64,000 bases of DNA, taken from Octopus sinensis. Lineage: Eukaryota. Made by a program: the position numbers and the translations under genes. Every line of letters begins with the position of its first letter. Positions within the stretch are counted from its first letter, which is position 1. Below are positions 1-12,949 of the stretch, in pieces. The stretch is taken from NCBI RefSeq assembly GCF_006345805.1, contig NC_042998.1, positions 9,176,001 to 9,240,000 on the forward strand, read 5' to 3'. The notes below the pieces were generated by a model. It was given only the letters and a program-made list of their open reading frames with translations. It was not told where the DNA came from and did not search any database.

Positions 1-1279
1 TTAATTATTCTTCATCATTTAGTCTAATAAATTACTATTTCTACTACAATAAAGATTTTTAAAAATTTAACACCATCTCCAGTACCCAATTATCTTTTGA
101 GGGTTTTGTTAAGGGGGAGGGTGGGATAGCAAGTTAGATATCATGCAAGCCCTTACCCTAGCAGGGTACAGGATGTGCAACCATACATGCAGCGAGCAAT
201 GAAAATTTGAAGCCACACAGTTTGTGCTAGATCTTGGTATGAATAACGGTGAAGGTTCTGATAGTATAGAGGGAAGCTAACAACTATAAATCCTCATCCA
301 ATCTGTGTCAACATGTGTGGGAGAAAACAAACATTAAAAGGATGTGAAGGAAAAAATGTAGTGGTAGCGGTAACAGGCAGAGAAGACAAGGAGGGAGGAA
401 AAAAGGAGGGAAAATCTGAAATGGAGAGAACTTGAGTTTTAAGAATCTAACATATATCAAACTGTGAAGTTCACATCTCACTTCCTCTATTCCTGAGTTA
501 GGTTGTCCCTTACAGGAATGGGAAGTGCTGTAAATGTTTCCTATTTGAGTTGATGGGAAATTTATAAAATAAAATCCGGCATATATGTACAGAAAATTGT
601 GAGATTTCCCTATAGCTGAAGTGTGGATCGTTAATGAATTATTAAGTGTTAGCAACTGTCAAGAGGCTGTTATAAAATTCGGTTCCAATTGAAAGCGTTT
701 AAATACATAAATAGTAAACAGAAAGATATGTAGTACAAATAACAGCCACTTTTGTAGATGGAGAGGATAAAGTAGCTTAAATTAGTTGACTCCAGTATGT
801 TACTGGTACAATTTTTATCAACCACAGCTGGCTAAAAGACAATATATAAAAGATTAACAAAACGATATGAGAATCTAAACCTTAATATATTGTGAAATTT
901 ACAGACTTGCACACAGCTTCTGCCCACAAATTCACCCTGATGTAGTTCAAATAATGGTTTCTTACATTAGCACAAGGCCACAAAATTGTACAGATTCTTA
1001 TCTTCTTCAGAGGCATGTGAACATATAGTAGGATGAAATTAAATATTGTAAGATATTTTAAATTCTAGCAACCTCCTGTTTTCAACACATTACAAGCTTT
1101 TGTTATATGGAAAGTGTTAGGATCCATGAAATAAGTACCAGTCGAGCACTGGACTCAGGGTAATCAACTAACTTCCTTCTTCAAAATTTCAAGCCTTGTG
1201 CCTATTGCAGAAAGAATTATATCGAAAGTGTAAGATGGTAAGCTGACAGAATTGTTACCAAGCTGCACAGAATATTTAA

Positions 1280-1500
1280 CCCTTTCATTACTGTATTTAT
1301 TTTGAGATGCTCTGTGGTTTTTTCAATTATCTTAGATATAACAAAGAATTTAGTAAATTAACTTCGTTATCATTAAGCTAGTGTTAGGAACATAAATTTT
1401 AACTAAGATTTGGTGGAAGATTTGAATTCAAAACTTATGAAAACAAGACATTTATACTAAAGAGCCAGAACTGGTTTCAGCCGGGTTGATAATGAAAGGA
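1280..1500. mobile_element. piggyBac-type MITE family 1
   Basis: TTAA|CCCTTTCATTA ... TAATGAAAGGA|TTAA termini; body homologous to the copies at 20310, 27186, 29938 and 51099. Confidence 0.75.
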
Positions 1501-1994
1501 TTAATGACATTTCTTCTGGTTCTTTACACTCTAGGTGCAAATGCTGCTGAGGTTGACTTTGCTTTCATCTTTTCACAGTCAAGAGAATAAGCACCAGTCA
1601 TGAACTTGGACTGATGTAATCATCTTGCCCCTCCTCTCAAAATTGCTGGCCTTGTGCCAAAAATTAGAATTATATGAAAAGTGTGATATTCATGCGTTTC
1701 CAAAGAGTTTTAATGTCCAAAAGAAGGTTAAACCACTTTGGAATTTCAGCTTGCAACGAGATTAACAGTAACTGTATAGTGTACACAAACATAGCGGAAA
1801 CAGCAAGCAATAAGCAATTAAACAATTGTCTATCTCTCGCTCTGCATATACAATGCAAGAAGTTGGTTGTCTGTCTATTTACACAAAATGTTCGGATGAA
1901 CAATATGCATCTTAATAACATTCCAAACTAAATTTCGAAACATGTAAATGAATATTAATAGATGCGTACAAAAAAGCACAACCAAAATCCTCTT

Positions 1995-2092
1995 GTGAGT
2001 GCGAGTGAATATGTATATTTTAGTGCATGCATAAACACACACACATACAATATATATATATATATATAGGTATATAGGTATATGTATGTATG

Positions 2093-2123
<31 letters not shown>

Positions 2124-2265
2124 ATGTATATGTATGTATATATATATGTGTATATATATATATGTATATATACATATATATGTATATATATATATGTGTG
2201 TATAGGCATATGTATATATATATGTTAATATATATGTATGTGTGTGTCTGTGTGTACACACATAC
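1995..2265. repeat. Compound (TA)/(TG)/(TATG) microsatellite
   Basis: Direct reading; explains the spurious Y/I/H/T-rich ORFs. Confidence 0.95.
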
Positions 2266-2289
2266 ATTCATTTAGATCACAAGTGAACT

Positions 2290-3562
2290 AAACCCCACGT
2301 GACACTTGTGAAGACCTGTTGAGGCAGAGGCAAGTGTGTGACACTTGTGGAGACCTGTTGAGGCAAGTGTGTGACCCTTGTGAAGACCTGTTGAGGCAAG
2401 TGAAAATCAAATCAAACCAAATCAAAATAGATGAATATCAATGGAATTTGTATCTGTGGTTCCAGTACCGGTGGCACACAAGAAAACCATCCGAACGTGG
2501 CCGTCGACTGGCCTCCGTGTGTGGGCACAACAAACACCATCTGATCGTGGCCGTTCGCCAGCCTCACCTGGCACCTGTGTCGGTGGCACATAAAAACACC
2601 ACCACCATCCAAAGACCCGGCGACGTAGTCAGTCCACCTGTGCTTACCTTCCCTCTTATGACACTGTGAAGACCTGTTGAGGCAGAGGCAAGTGTGTGAC
2701 ACTTTGTGAAGACCTGTTGAGGCAGAGGCAAGTGTGTGACACTTGTGGAGACCTGTTGAGGCAAGTGTGTGACACGCGTGACACTTGTGAAGACCTGTTG
2801 AGGCAAGTGAAATCAAACCAATCAAAATAGATGAACATCAATGGAATTTGTATCTTTGTGGTTCCAGTACCGGTGGCACACAGAAAAACCATCGATCGTG
2901 GCCGTTCGCCAGCCACATCTGGCACCTGTGTCGGTGGCACATAAAGACACCATCCGAAGACCGGCGACGTAGACAGTCCACCTATGCATACCTTCCTTCT
3001 TGTGACACTTGAAGACCTGTTGAGGCAAGTGAAAATCAAATCAAATCAAATCAAATCAAATCAAAACAAATCAAAATAGATGAACATAAATGGAATTTGT
3101 ATCTTTGTGGTACCAGTGCCGGTGGCACACAAGAAAATCATCCGAACGTGGCCGTAGCCAGTACCACATAGACTGGCCTCCGTGCTTTGGGGACGTAACA
3201 AACACCATCCGATCGTGGCCGTCCGCCAGCCTCATCTGGCACCTGTGTCGGTGGCACATAAAAACACCATCCGAGCGTGGCCGTCTGCCAGCCTCGTCTG
3301 GCACCTGTGTCGGTGGCACATAAAAACACCATCCGAGCGTGGCCGTTCGCCAGCCTCGTCTGGCACCTGTGTCGGTGGCACATAAAATCACCCACTACAC
3401 TCTCGGAGTGGTTGGCGTTAGGAAGGGCATCCAGCTGTAGAAACACTGCCAGATCTGACTGGCCTGGTGCAGCCTTCGGGCTCCCCAGACCCCAGTTGAA
3501 CCGTCCAACCCATGCTAGCATGGAAAACGGACGCTAAATGATGATGATGATGATGATGATGA

Positions 3563-3565
<3 letters not shown>
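2290..3565 (+). repeat. Tandem array 1 derived from an RTE LINE 3'UTR, ending in the complete 3' end and (GAT)n tail
   Basis: About 3 degenerate monomers containing gaagacctgttgaggcaagtgaaaatc-(aaatc)n-gatgaacatcaatggaa, then the terminal ggttggcgttaggaagggcatcc...catgctagcatggaaaacggacgctaaa(tga)n. Confidence 0.8.
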
Positions 3566-3599
<34 letters not shown>

Positions 3600-4156
3600 C
3601 ATGCATACATGAATTCATATCTATATATCCATGCAGGAAGAATGCAGATATATATATATATATATATATGCATTCATGCATGCACATATATATATGTTCA
3701 AGATCAATTATGTATGCACAAGTATGCACATAAGATATACGACTAAGTGTAAGAAAGCTACAGAGTGCGCATGTATATGTCCATGTGCATAACTATATTG
3801 CATGTATGTCTGTAGCTATTTCACTGCCCTTCCTGCTTGCTCTCTTTTCTTTCATGTTTTTTGTTGCCTGATATAAACAGTAGCATTTAAAAGTGTGCAA
3901 TATGAAATAACTTAAAAACAAAGACAAAATTTTTTACATGTTCTCTCTCTCTCATGAATCTGCCAAACTCTTAAGTGGCTTCCTGCTTTCTTCCTTTTGT
4001 ACTCAGAAAAACATTAATCTATAGATCACAGCTTACTTCGGCTTCTCTTATCATCAAGACTCATATAATTTTGAAGGTTCACTTCCTATTTTTTTAACAG
4101 GGAAGAGAGAGGAGGGTGTTTATGATAAACAAAATGGTCCATGGATTTATATATAT

Positions 4157-4222
<66 letters not shown>

Positions 4223-4224
4223 AC

Positions 4225-4263
<39 letters not shown>

Positions 4264-4673
4264 GCCCATTCATTTAATTTTTAAACTACAGCCATTGTAG
4301 AATAGAAATTTCAGCCACCCCACCTCCAAAAAGCAAATTCTTCACATTATTCCATAACAAATGCTTATACTTATTTAAGCACTTCAATCAAATATATATA
4401 TATATATATCTTTGCATAGTTAAAATTATGTAAAATCATTTATATGAAGTTACACCTTGTTTCATTATGACCCTAGAATAAGGATAGTGAGTACAAAATT
4501 TTTAGAAACTGGTTATTTTCTTTTGCATTTAATGGATTTGGCAAAGGACATATGCCTTCATAAAATCAGCTTCCTACACCACTAAATCTGTGGTTTTATT
4601 CTTGAAAAATTATTAAAAAAGGAAAATAATAACCAATCCTCATTCTTTTGTTGTTCTGAGTTCAATAAACTAT

Positions 4674-5066
4674 ACTCTTTTACTTGTTTCAGTCATTTGA
4701 CTGTGGCCATGCTGGAGCACCACTTTTAGTCTAGCAAATCGACCCCAGGACTTATTCTTTGTAAGCCTAGTACTTATTCTGTCGGTCTCTTTTGCAGAAT
4801 TGCTATGTTACAGGGACGTAAACACACCAGCATCGATTGTCAAGAAATGTTAGGGGGACAAACATAGATACACAACACATATATACACATATACATATAT
4901 ATACGACAGGCTTCTTTCAGTTTCCATCTACCAAATACACTCACAAGGCTTTGGTTGGCCCGAGGCTATAGTAGAAGACACTTGCCCAAGGTGCCATGCA
5001 GTGGGACTGAACCCGGAACCATGTGGTTGGTAAGCAAGCTACTTACCACACAGCCACTCCTATGCC
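4674..5066 (-). mobile_element. tRNA-derived SINE group A
   Basis: Reverse copy of the head aggagtggctgtgtggtaagtagcttg / ggttcagtccc and the tail gtaaaagag. Confidence 0.8.
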
Positions 5067-5317
5067 TATGATAATAATAATTCTTTCTGCTGCAAGCACA
5101 GGGCCTGAAATTTGGGGGGAGGGGACTAGTTGATTACATCAACCCCAGTGTTTCACTGGTACTTAATTTATTGACCCCGAAAGGATGGAAAGCAAAGTTG
5201 ACCTCGACGGAATTTGAACCCAGAACGTAGCAACAGGTAAAATACCACTAAGCATTTCATTCAGCATACTAACAATTCTGCCAGCTCGCCACCTTAATGA
5301 TAATAATAATAAGTAGC

Positions 5318-5473
5318 TTGTGGTAAGTAGCTTGCTAACCAACCACATGGTTCCGGGTTCAGTCCCACTGCGTGGCACCTTGGGCAAGTGTCTTCCACTA
5401 TAGCCCCGGGCTGACCAATGCCTTGTGAGTGGATTTGGTAGACGGAAACTGAAAGAAGCCTGTTGTATATATG

Positions 5474-5504
<31 letters not shown>

Positions 5505-5720
5505 TTGTGTGTCTGTGTTTGTCTCCCTAGCATTGCTTGACAACCGATGCTGGTGTGTTTACGTCCCCATCACTTAGTGGTTCGGCAAAAGAGTCCGATA
5601 GAATAAGTACTGGGCTTACAAAGAATATGTCCTGGGGTCGATTTGCTCGACTAAAGGTGGTGCTCCAGCATGGCCGCAGTCAAAATGACTGAAACAAGTA
5701 AAAGAGTAAAAGAGTAAAGA
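5318..5720 (+). mobile_element. tRNA-derived SINE group A
   Basis: tgtggtaagtagcttgc...ggttcagtcccactgcgtggcaccttgggcaag...(tg)n...gtaaaagagtaaaagag. Confidence 0.8.
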
Positions 5721-6234
5721 GAATAATAATAATAAAATAATAATAATAATAATAATAATAATTCTTTCAAATTTTTGGCACAAGGCCAGCAATTTTGAGG
5801 AAAGGAGGAAGCTGATTAAATTAATGTTGAACTAGTACTTTATTTTATCAACCCCAAAAAGATGAGAGGCAAAGCTGACCTAGGCAGAAATTGAACTTAG
5901 AATATAAAGAGCTGAAAGAAATGCTGCTAAGCATTTTGTCCATAAATGGTAATGATTCAGGCAGCTTGTTACCTTAATAGTAATAATGAAAATTTCTTTT
6001 ATTGGCCACAAAGGCCCAAGTTACAGCAGACAAAAACAAAAGGAAAAACAAAAGAAAAACAAAAATAATAACAATGACGATGACTTCTTTTATTTGCCAC
6101 TAGGGCAATGAACAAAGGAGAACAATTACAAAAGCAGACATAATCGGGGTGGGGAGCTGCATAGAAAATTGAATGAGAAAGGAGGGGAAAAATTAGAATA
6201 TAGGTATACATGGTCTACAAACAATGAATTGATG

Positions 6235-6405
6235 ATGACAATGGTGGTGGTGGTGGTGGTGGTTTTGGTGGTGGTGGTGGTGGTTTTGGTGGTGGTGGTG
6301 GTGATGATGATGAGGAGGAGGAGGAGGAAGAGGAGGAGGAGGAGGAAGAGGGGGAAGAGGAGGAAGAGGAGGGGAAGAGGAGGAAGAGGAGGAGGAGGAG
6401 GAGGA
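6235..6405. repeat. (GGT)n/(GAG,AAG)n microsatellite
   Basis: Direct reading. Confidence 0.9.
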
Positions 6406-6444
6406 CATAGTCCTCTTGATAGCTTCAATCTTATTCCGACTTAA

Positions 6445-7328
6445 GGATCAGTCTCAGTCTGCGCGAGTACTCCACCTTAAATTTTTCTGTCATTTCTTTC
6501 TCCATCAATTTATCCATTTCCAAAATCCCCAAGTACTTATAGCCCGTCTCTTCTATCTACTTCATAACCTCCCCCGATGGTATCACTAGCCCATCAATAC
6601 ATTTGATTTTACCTCTCTTCAAGACTAACAGACCACACTCTCTCAGTCCAAACTCCATTCTGATATCAGCACTGAAGGTATACACCCTATGAACAAGGGA
6701 ACTGACTTGGACTTCATCTTTACTATAAAGTTTGAGGTCATCCATGAATAACAAATGGTTGACTTTTTGTTGGCGGCTTTTGAATACATACCCAGCTTTT
6801 GCTTTCCTCAGAATCAGTGTTAGTGGTATCAAGTACAGTACAAAGATCAGTGGGGACAGGCTGTCCCCTTGGAAGATGCCCCTCCTAATTTCTACTGTCC
6901 CTAAACTTTTTCTGTATGCTGTCAGGTCCGTCCTCCAATTCGCCATACTTTTTCCAAGCAATCACTCAACATTCGATGCAATACCAAATAGGTTCGTTCA
7001 CTCCATAATCCAAGAATGTGTGATCGTATCGTACGCCTTATGATAGTCGAACCATGACATGACTAAGTTACTTTTCCTCCCCTTGCAGTCTCTAAATACA
7101 GTTTTCTCTATCAGGAGTTGATCCTTGGTACCTCTGCACTTACACTTGCAACCCTTCTGCTCATGTGGCAGGATTCCATTTTTTTCCAGATGTTCATACA
7201 TTGACTCTGCAAGTATTCCAGTCAGTAACTTTCACATAAGTGGCAAACAGGATATCGGCCTGTAATTGTCTACCATATTGCCTTTTTTGATGTTTTTCAG
7301 ACACAGCATTGTCCTACTCAATGTCGTC

Positions 7329-7330
<2 letters not shown>
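6445..7330 (-). mobile_element. R4/Dong-clade non-LTR retrotransposon, reverse transcriptase fragment (frameshifted)
   Basis: [52 protein letters not shown] and YKYLGI motifs spread over two frames. Confidence 0.9.
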
Positions 7331-7365
<35 letters not shown>

Positions 7366-7383
7366 TTATTATTGTTTATGGGT

Positions 7384-7666
7384 TTTTCTTCTTCTTTCAA
7401 ATTTGCTTCCATTTCTTGCCGAGTGTCTTCCCGACCCCTAGGGCAAAGAAACTCATAGTATACATTGGTAGGCCATTAAACTAAACTCACTAGTTCGTTA
7501 ATTTTTTTTTTTTTTTGATAGAAATAAAGTTAAATTAAAATACATGGGTAGTAATAGTTCTCACATTGACAATGCTCTTCTCAATACATGTGATGTACCA
7601 ATTAAGACAATCTTTTGCACTTCTTGCAGGGATGGTAAGCCAGGGATCAGTCTCATATAATGTTCG

Positions 7667-7668
<2 letters not shown>
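7384..7668 (-). mobile_element. R4/Dong-clade element, 3' end fragment between (TTA)n runs
   Basis: Highly similar reverse complement of 55300-55580. Confidence 0.85.
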
Positions 7669-7738
<70 letters not shown>

Positions 7739-7757
7739 GTTATTATTATTATTATTA
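7668..7757. repeat. (TTA)n microsatellite
   Basis: Direct reading. Confidence 0.95.
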
Positions 7758-7966
7758 AGATGGCAAGCTGGCAGAATTATTAGCATGCTGGGCACAGCGT
7801 TTAATGGCTTGTCATCTATCTTTGCATTCAGAGTTCAATTGCTGCTGGCATCAATGTTGCCTGTCATCCTTTTTGGATCAATAAGTACCAGTTGAACAGT
7901 GGAGCTGACGTAATCAACTAGCCCACATCCCACAAAATTTCAGGCTTTGTGTCTATAGTAGAAAGG

Positions 7967-8005
<39 letters not shown>

Positions 8006-8094
8006 TTGCTTTTAATTTGCATGTTTGATACAATCATTTGTCGGGTCACACCTAGTAACCTAAGGCAGGTGAAGAGAAGTTTTGGGCGGGAAAG

Positions 8095-8179
8095 TGCTGT
8101 AGTAGTAGTGGTGGTGGTGGTGGTGGTGGCGGATGGTGGTGGTGGTGGTGGTTGTAGTAGTAGTAGTAGTAGTAGTAGT

Positions 8180-8217
<38 letters not shown>

Positions 8218-8218
8218 T

Positions 8219-8298
<80 letters not shown>

Positions 8299-8335
8299 TA
8301 GTAGTAGCAGCAGCAGTAGCAGCAGCAGCAGCAGT
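8095..8335. repeat. (GTG)/(AGT)/(AGC) compound trinucleotide repeat
   Basis: Direct reading; source of the poly-S/V/A ORFs. Confidence 0.95.
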
Positions 8336-8404
8336 TTTATTATATACTTTCACTGCACTGAGTGCAGCTCTATGCACATAGATCAAGTGGGATGCTTTGT
8401 TTTG

Positions 8405-8960
8405 ATTCTGTATTTCATATTGTATTGATGGTATTCTTTGTATTACACGTGCAGCACTAAGTGGTCTTATATTTTCTATATGTCGGGTTCATTGGACTTC
8501 TGGTTTTGGTCATACATTTTCCTCCATGTTTTTAAATCATCCCTAAATCATATATTATTATACACTGTTTTTGTTTCCAGTCCTCGCATTCTGGCTATTT
8601 CTATTTCGAGGTCTTCATATTCAGATAATTTCTCCATTGATCTACGTACATTATGCCCTGTTCAGACTGATACATTGATAAAGAGACACATCCTTTCCCG
8701 TCAGTTCTTGATAACAATATCTAACAAGTTATCCTTGATCATTCTTGTCTGTAATATATCCCAGAATTCTGTTGTTTTGTTGTGCTCTGAACCCTTTTCC
8801 AGCGTATGTCTTAGATAACCTCTTTTCTGTTAATATTTCATAATACTAGATTCACATAAAGTATATGAAACCCCTAACCCCCTTATGCTTGTAGATGTAT
8901 TCTTTTTTGGTGGAGACTGGGCAGCCAGAGCCAATCTAGTTAATTATATCTTCTCAAAAT
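8405..8960 (-). mobile_element. Old R4/Dong-type restriction-like endonuclease (C-terminal) remnant
   Basis: Decayed FWDILQTRMIKDNLLDIVIKN...CLFINVSV...EKLSEYEDLEIEIARM, matching the LWD..PD..D/K-Y-x-D-L pattern. Confidence 0.6.
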
Positions 8961-8964
8961 CCAT

Positions 8965-9187
8965 ATATATTTCTTTACTAAACATAGAGGGGACAAACAA
9001 CGACAGACAAAGAGATTAAGTCGATTACATCGACCCCAGTGCAAAACTGTTCTTTTATTTATCGACCCCGAAAGGATGAAAGGCAAAGTCGACCTCGGCA
9101 GAATTTGAACTCAAAACATAACGACAGACAAAATACCGCTAAGCATTTTGCTTGGTGCGCTAACGTTTCTGCCAGCTCTCCGCCTTC
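8965..9187 (-). mobile_element. tRNA-derived SINE group B
   Basis: Reverse of ggcggagagctggcagaaacgttagc...gagttcaaattc...cctttcatcctttcggggtcgata. Confidence 0.8.
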
Positions 9188-9244
9188 AGTTTGTATTTTG
9201 AACAATTACAATTATTATCTCCTCCACAACTTTTCTCCACATAA

Positions 9245-9647
9245 TAGGCGCAGGAGTGGCTGTGTGGTAAGTAGCTTGCTTACCAACCACATGGTTCCGG
9301 GTTCAGTCCCACTGCGTGGCATCTTGGGCAAGTGTCTTCTGCTATAGCCCCCGGGCCGACCAAAGCCTTGTGAGTGGACTTGGTAGACGGAAACTGAAAG
9401 AAGCCTGTCGTATATATGTATATATATATATGTATTATGTGTGTGTGTTTGTCTCCCTAGTATTGCTTGACAACCGATGCTGGTGTGTCTACGTCCCCGT
9501 CACTTAGCGGTTCGGCAAAAGAGAGACCGATAGAATAAGTACTGGGCTTACAAAGAATAAGTCCCGGGGTCGAGTTGCTCGACTAAAGGCGGTGCTCCAG
9601 CATGGCCGCAGTCAATTGACTGAAACAAGTAAAAGAGTAAAAGAGTA
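9245..9647 (+). mobile_element. tRNA-derived SINE group A, full length
   Basis: ggcgcaggagtggctgtgtgg head through gtaaaagagtaaaagag tail. Confidence 0.85.
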
Positions 9648-10354
9648 TAATTCTCCGTCATTTCAGACTACAATTGTATTTGCTGTCTTCCTTGAAGACA
9701 GGAAAGTGATTTTCGATGTATTCATGTAGTTTTAACAATTAAATGGAAGAGACTGCAGTGGAGCCATGTCAATGACCTGGCAGCAGTTAGTGTGTTGAAA
9801 GTTTTGATAGCAAATAATAAATGTTTATGTAAAATTAAGTATTTGTGTGTTTTTGGATGGCTAATGTGTGTCTTCCATGCTGTAATTATTTTAGTTTCAG
9901 CATATGGTCTCAGATCAAATCACTTGCTTGGCAAGTACATCTCTGAAACATTTCATTTTAGTTATTTGTATTAGTTTTTCATTATTCTTTACTAGACACT
10001 TCTTTCTTTAATCCTCCAGTGTATATTTTATAACAGTTTTCTATTTGTGTAAGACCCTATCTTCTTGTTATCTAGATAAATATAATCTGTCAGATTTTGG
10101 CTGCTACATTCTACACACAGTAATTATTTCTCTTATTTTCCTGTCTAGTCTTGTTAGCTAATTCAGTGTTCATTGAGGATATTATAACTGTAACTTATCA
10201 CCAGAATATCCAGACTATTGATACATATTATCTTTACTTTTTGAAAATAGCTTTATATCAAGTATTAGTCTATTGCATCCGTAATACACTTTCCTAACCT
10301 TTTCTTTAATTTGTATTTGTTGTACACTGTCTATTTCATTGATTCCTAAGTATT

Positions 10355-10628
10355 TGTTAGGAAACTACCACCTGTGTCATCTCTTGTGAAAGGTAAGAGA
10401 GTCCAGTTTGCTGGACATTGTTGCAGAGCTGAAAAAGAGGTAATTTCTACTCTTCTCCTCTGGAAACCATCTACTCGCAATACGAGAGGGCGCACACTCT
10501 CCTACTCTGATGTAATCTCCAGGGATACAGGCATCCAGCAACAGGACCTCCGTAATACCATGATGGACTGTGAAGTCTGGCGTAGCATGGTAAATTCCAT
10601 TGTCTCGACCACAGTCGAACAATGATGA
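10355..10628 (+). mobile_element. RTE-clade LINE, 3' end of ORF2
   Basis: RVQFAGHCCRAEKEVISTLLLWKP...GR...MMDCEVWR followed by a tgatga tail. Confidence 0.8.
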
Positions 10629-12117
10629 TTCCGAAGTATTTGTTTGTCTGTGTTTGTTGTAATTCTCTTATCACTGTTTCTTTTATTTTAGCATGATATT
10701 AATATTCTTAATTAATTTTCCTAACTTTGATGTTGACTTCACGTATTTTTCCTAATCCTAATTCCTATATCAATTTTGTACTATCCACAAAGTGCTTCTA
10801 GTTCATTATCAAGGGCAACAGCATACAACATGGGGGTTATTCATATACACAACAGGTTGACTGTCCCACCATAGTAGCTGCATCTGAGTTCAGTCCTGTT
10901 TAACATGTAAGTTAAAGGTATTAGCACCAAGAAGGAAGGAAGTGAAGTGAAAAAGAGAGGAAGTCCTCTTGGAATAGATCTCTTCTAAGGAAGGTGAGGT
11001 TAGTTTTTATAATTCCTTCAGAATTGTTTTCTATTTATTCATTCATTTTCTGGGGTTTATTTAATCAACTAGCCCCACCCTCTCAAAAAATAATTAATGA
11101 GAGAGCAATGCATGTCATCAAAGTGACACTAGAGTACAAATATACACATCTCAATACACCTGTCATGATTGTCCATCTCATAAGGGCACATCAGGCCCAT
11201 GCATCACAACCATATGTTTACAACATGGTGATCTCATATCAAGATAAACAGCATATGACCATGCATGTGGGGTCCACTTAGAATTTCTTCAGGTCAAGTA
11301 GCCCAGCCCACTCAAAAGATCCCTGAATAAGGGTTAAGGATGTTGAACGAAACACCCATGTTTCCAGAGATGAATTATTCAAACCCCAGAGAATCCCTCT
11401 CAACACATGGCTATGATGCTCCCCTACAACTTCTGCTCATGATCAGAGATGCTCATATCGTCAGCCACTAAGGGACATGCTCAACTGGTTAAGGTCAAAC
11501 AACTGACAAGCAAATCTGTGGTATTGAGCAGAATATTTGCTGTAGCCCATCTTTTATACCAAGACAAATCAATGTACATGATAACACTTCCAATCAGTTA
11601 AGATCAGAATCCATGAGAGCCACTGCCTGGTACTGCATCATTATTATTAAGGCAGAGAGCTAATAGAATTGCTACTGTACTGGACAAAATGCTTAGTAGC
11701 ATTTTATGTTCTGAATCAAAATTCCACTGAGACTGAGTTTGTCTTTCATCCTTTCAGGATCACTAACATAAATACCAGTCAAGTACTGAGGTTGATGTAA
11801 TCAATTTAACCCTTCCTCAAAATTTCAAGCTTTATACCTAATGTGAAAGGATTATTATTATTACTATTACTATTATATTATTGTTGTTAAGGCTGCCAGC
11901 TGGTAGAATCATTATCACAGCAAAGAAAATGCCTAGAAGCATTTCTTCCGTCTTTTTATGCTCTAAGTTCAAATTCTGCTGAAGTCAATTTTGTCATTCA
12001 TCATTTCAAAGTTGACAAAATGAAGAACTAAATTGAGCACTGAGGTCAACACCACAGGCACAACCCTTCTAATCATAATTATTGGGATTGCCCCAAAATC
12101 ATCTTCATCGTCAATTT

Positions 12118-12500
12118 TAAGGAAGAGGAGGAGGAGGAAGGAATAAAAAGGAAAAGAGGGAGGAGGGGAAGGAAGGAAGAAAAAGAAAGATTGAGGAGGA
12201 AGAGAAAAAAGAAGACAGAAGGGGAGGAAGAGGCAGAAGCAAGAAAGAAAAGGAAGATGGAGGAGGAGGAGGAAAAGGAGGAGGACGACGACGATGAGGA
12301 AGAGGAAGTAAAGGAGAAGGATGAGGAGGACGAGGAGGAAGAGGATGAGGAGGAAGAGGATGAGGAGGAAGAGGACGATGAGGAAGAGGACGATGAGGAA
12401 AAGGATGAGGAGGATGAGGACGTGGAGGAAGGGGGCATGCAGGAAGGGGACGAGGAGGAAGAGGGAGAGGGCGATGAGGGGGAGGAGAGGCATGAGCAGG
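12118..12500. repeat. GAG/GAA/GAT low-complexity purine tract
   Basis: Direct reading. Confidence 0.9.
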
Positions 12501-12655
12501 ATCAGGGGGCAGTAGATTGAAATTCTCTATTGATGTGCCTCAGCTTTCTAAGTTCAAGTTTCAGTGGTTCTATTTACAAAATTGTCAAATCTAATCTAAT
12601 TTCTTGGATTCTTATAACACATACACACATAGAAAGACATACATGCATGCAAGCA

Positions 12656-12708
<53 letters not shown>

Positions 12709-12949
12709 ACATGTGCGCACACACTAAACATGTATGGTATTTAAATTAAATTTGTACATAAAGAGATTTTCTAATTGAAATGTATATCTGCAAGTATGTG
12801 TGTGTTGCTGGCTTTGAGTGTTCGCTTATTCATGGGTGTGTACCTTTTACTTTGTGGCAGAAAACAGGAAGGAGTGTCTTGTAACCCTTCCTGACTATGT
12901 CTTCATAAATCAATCCATTGTGTCTTCAAATGCTTCCTTTATGTGTGAG

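Noticed and set aside
560-620. GIY-like motif (KSGIYVQ) hinting at a Penelope endonuclease
   Set aside because: No YIG partner motif and an early stop; likely chance.
7949-8428. Poly-Ser/Val/Ala ORFs
   Set aside because: Microsatellite translation artefacts.
12191-12520. Acidic poly-E/D ORF of 109 aa
   Set aside because: Trinucleotide low-complexity sequence that is open in several frames, with no splice or homology support.
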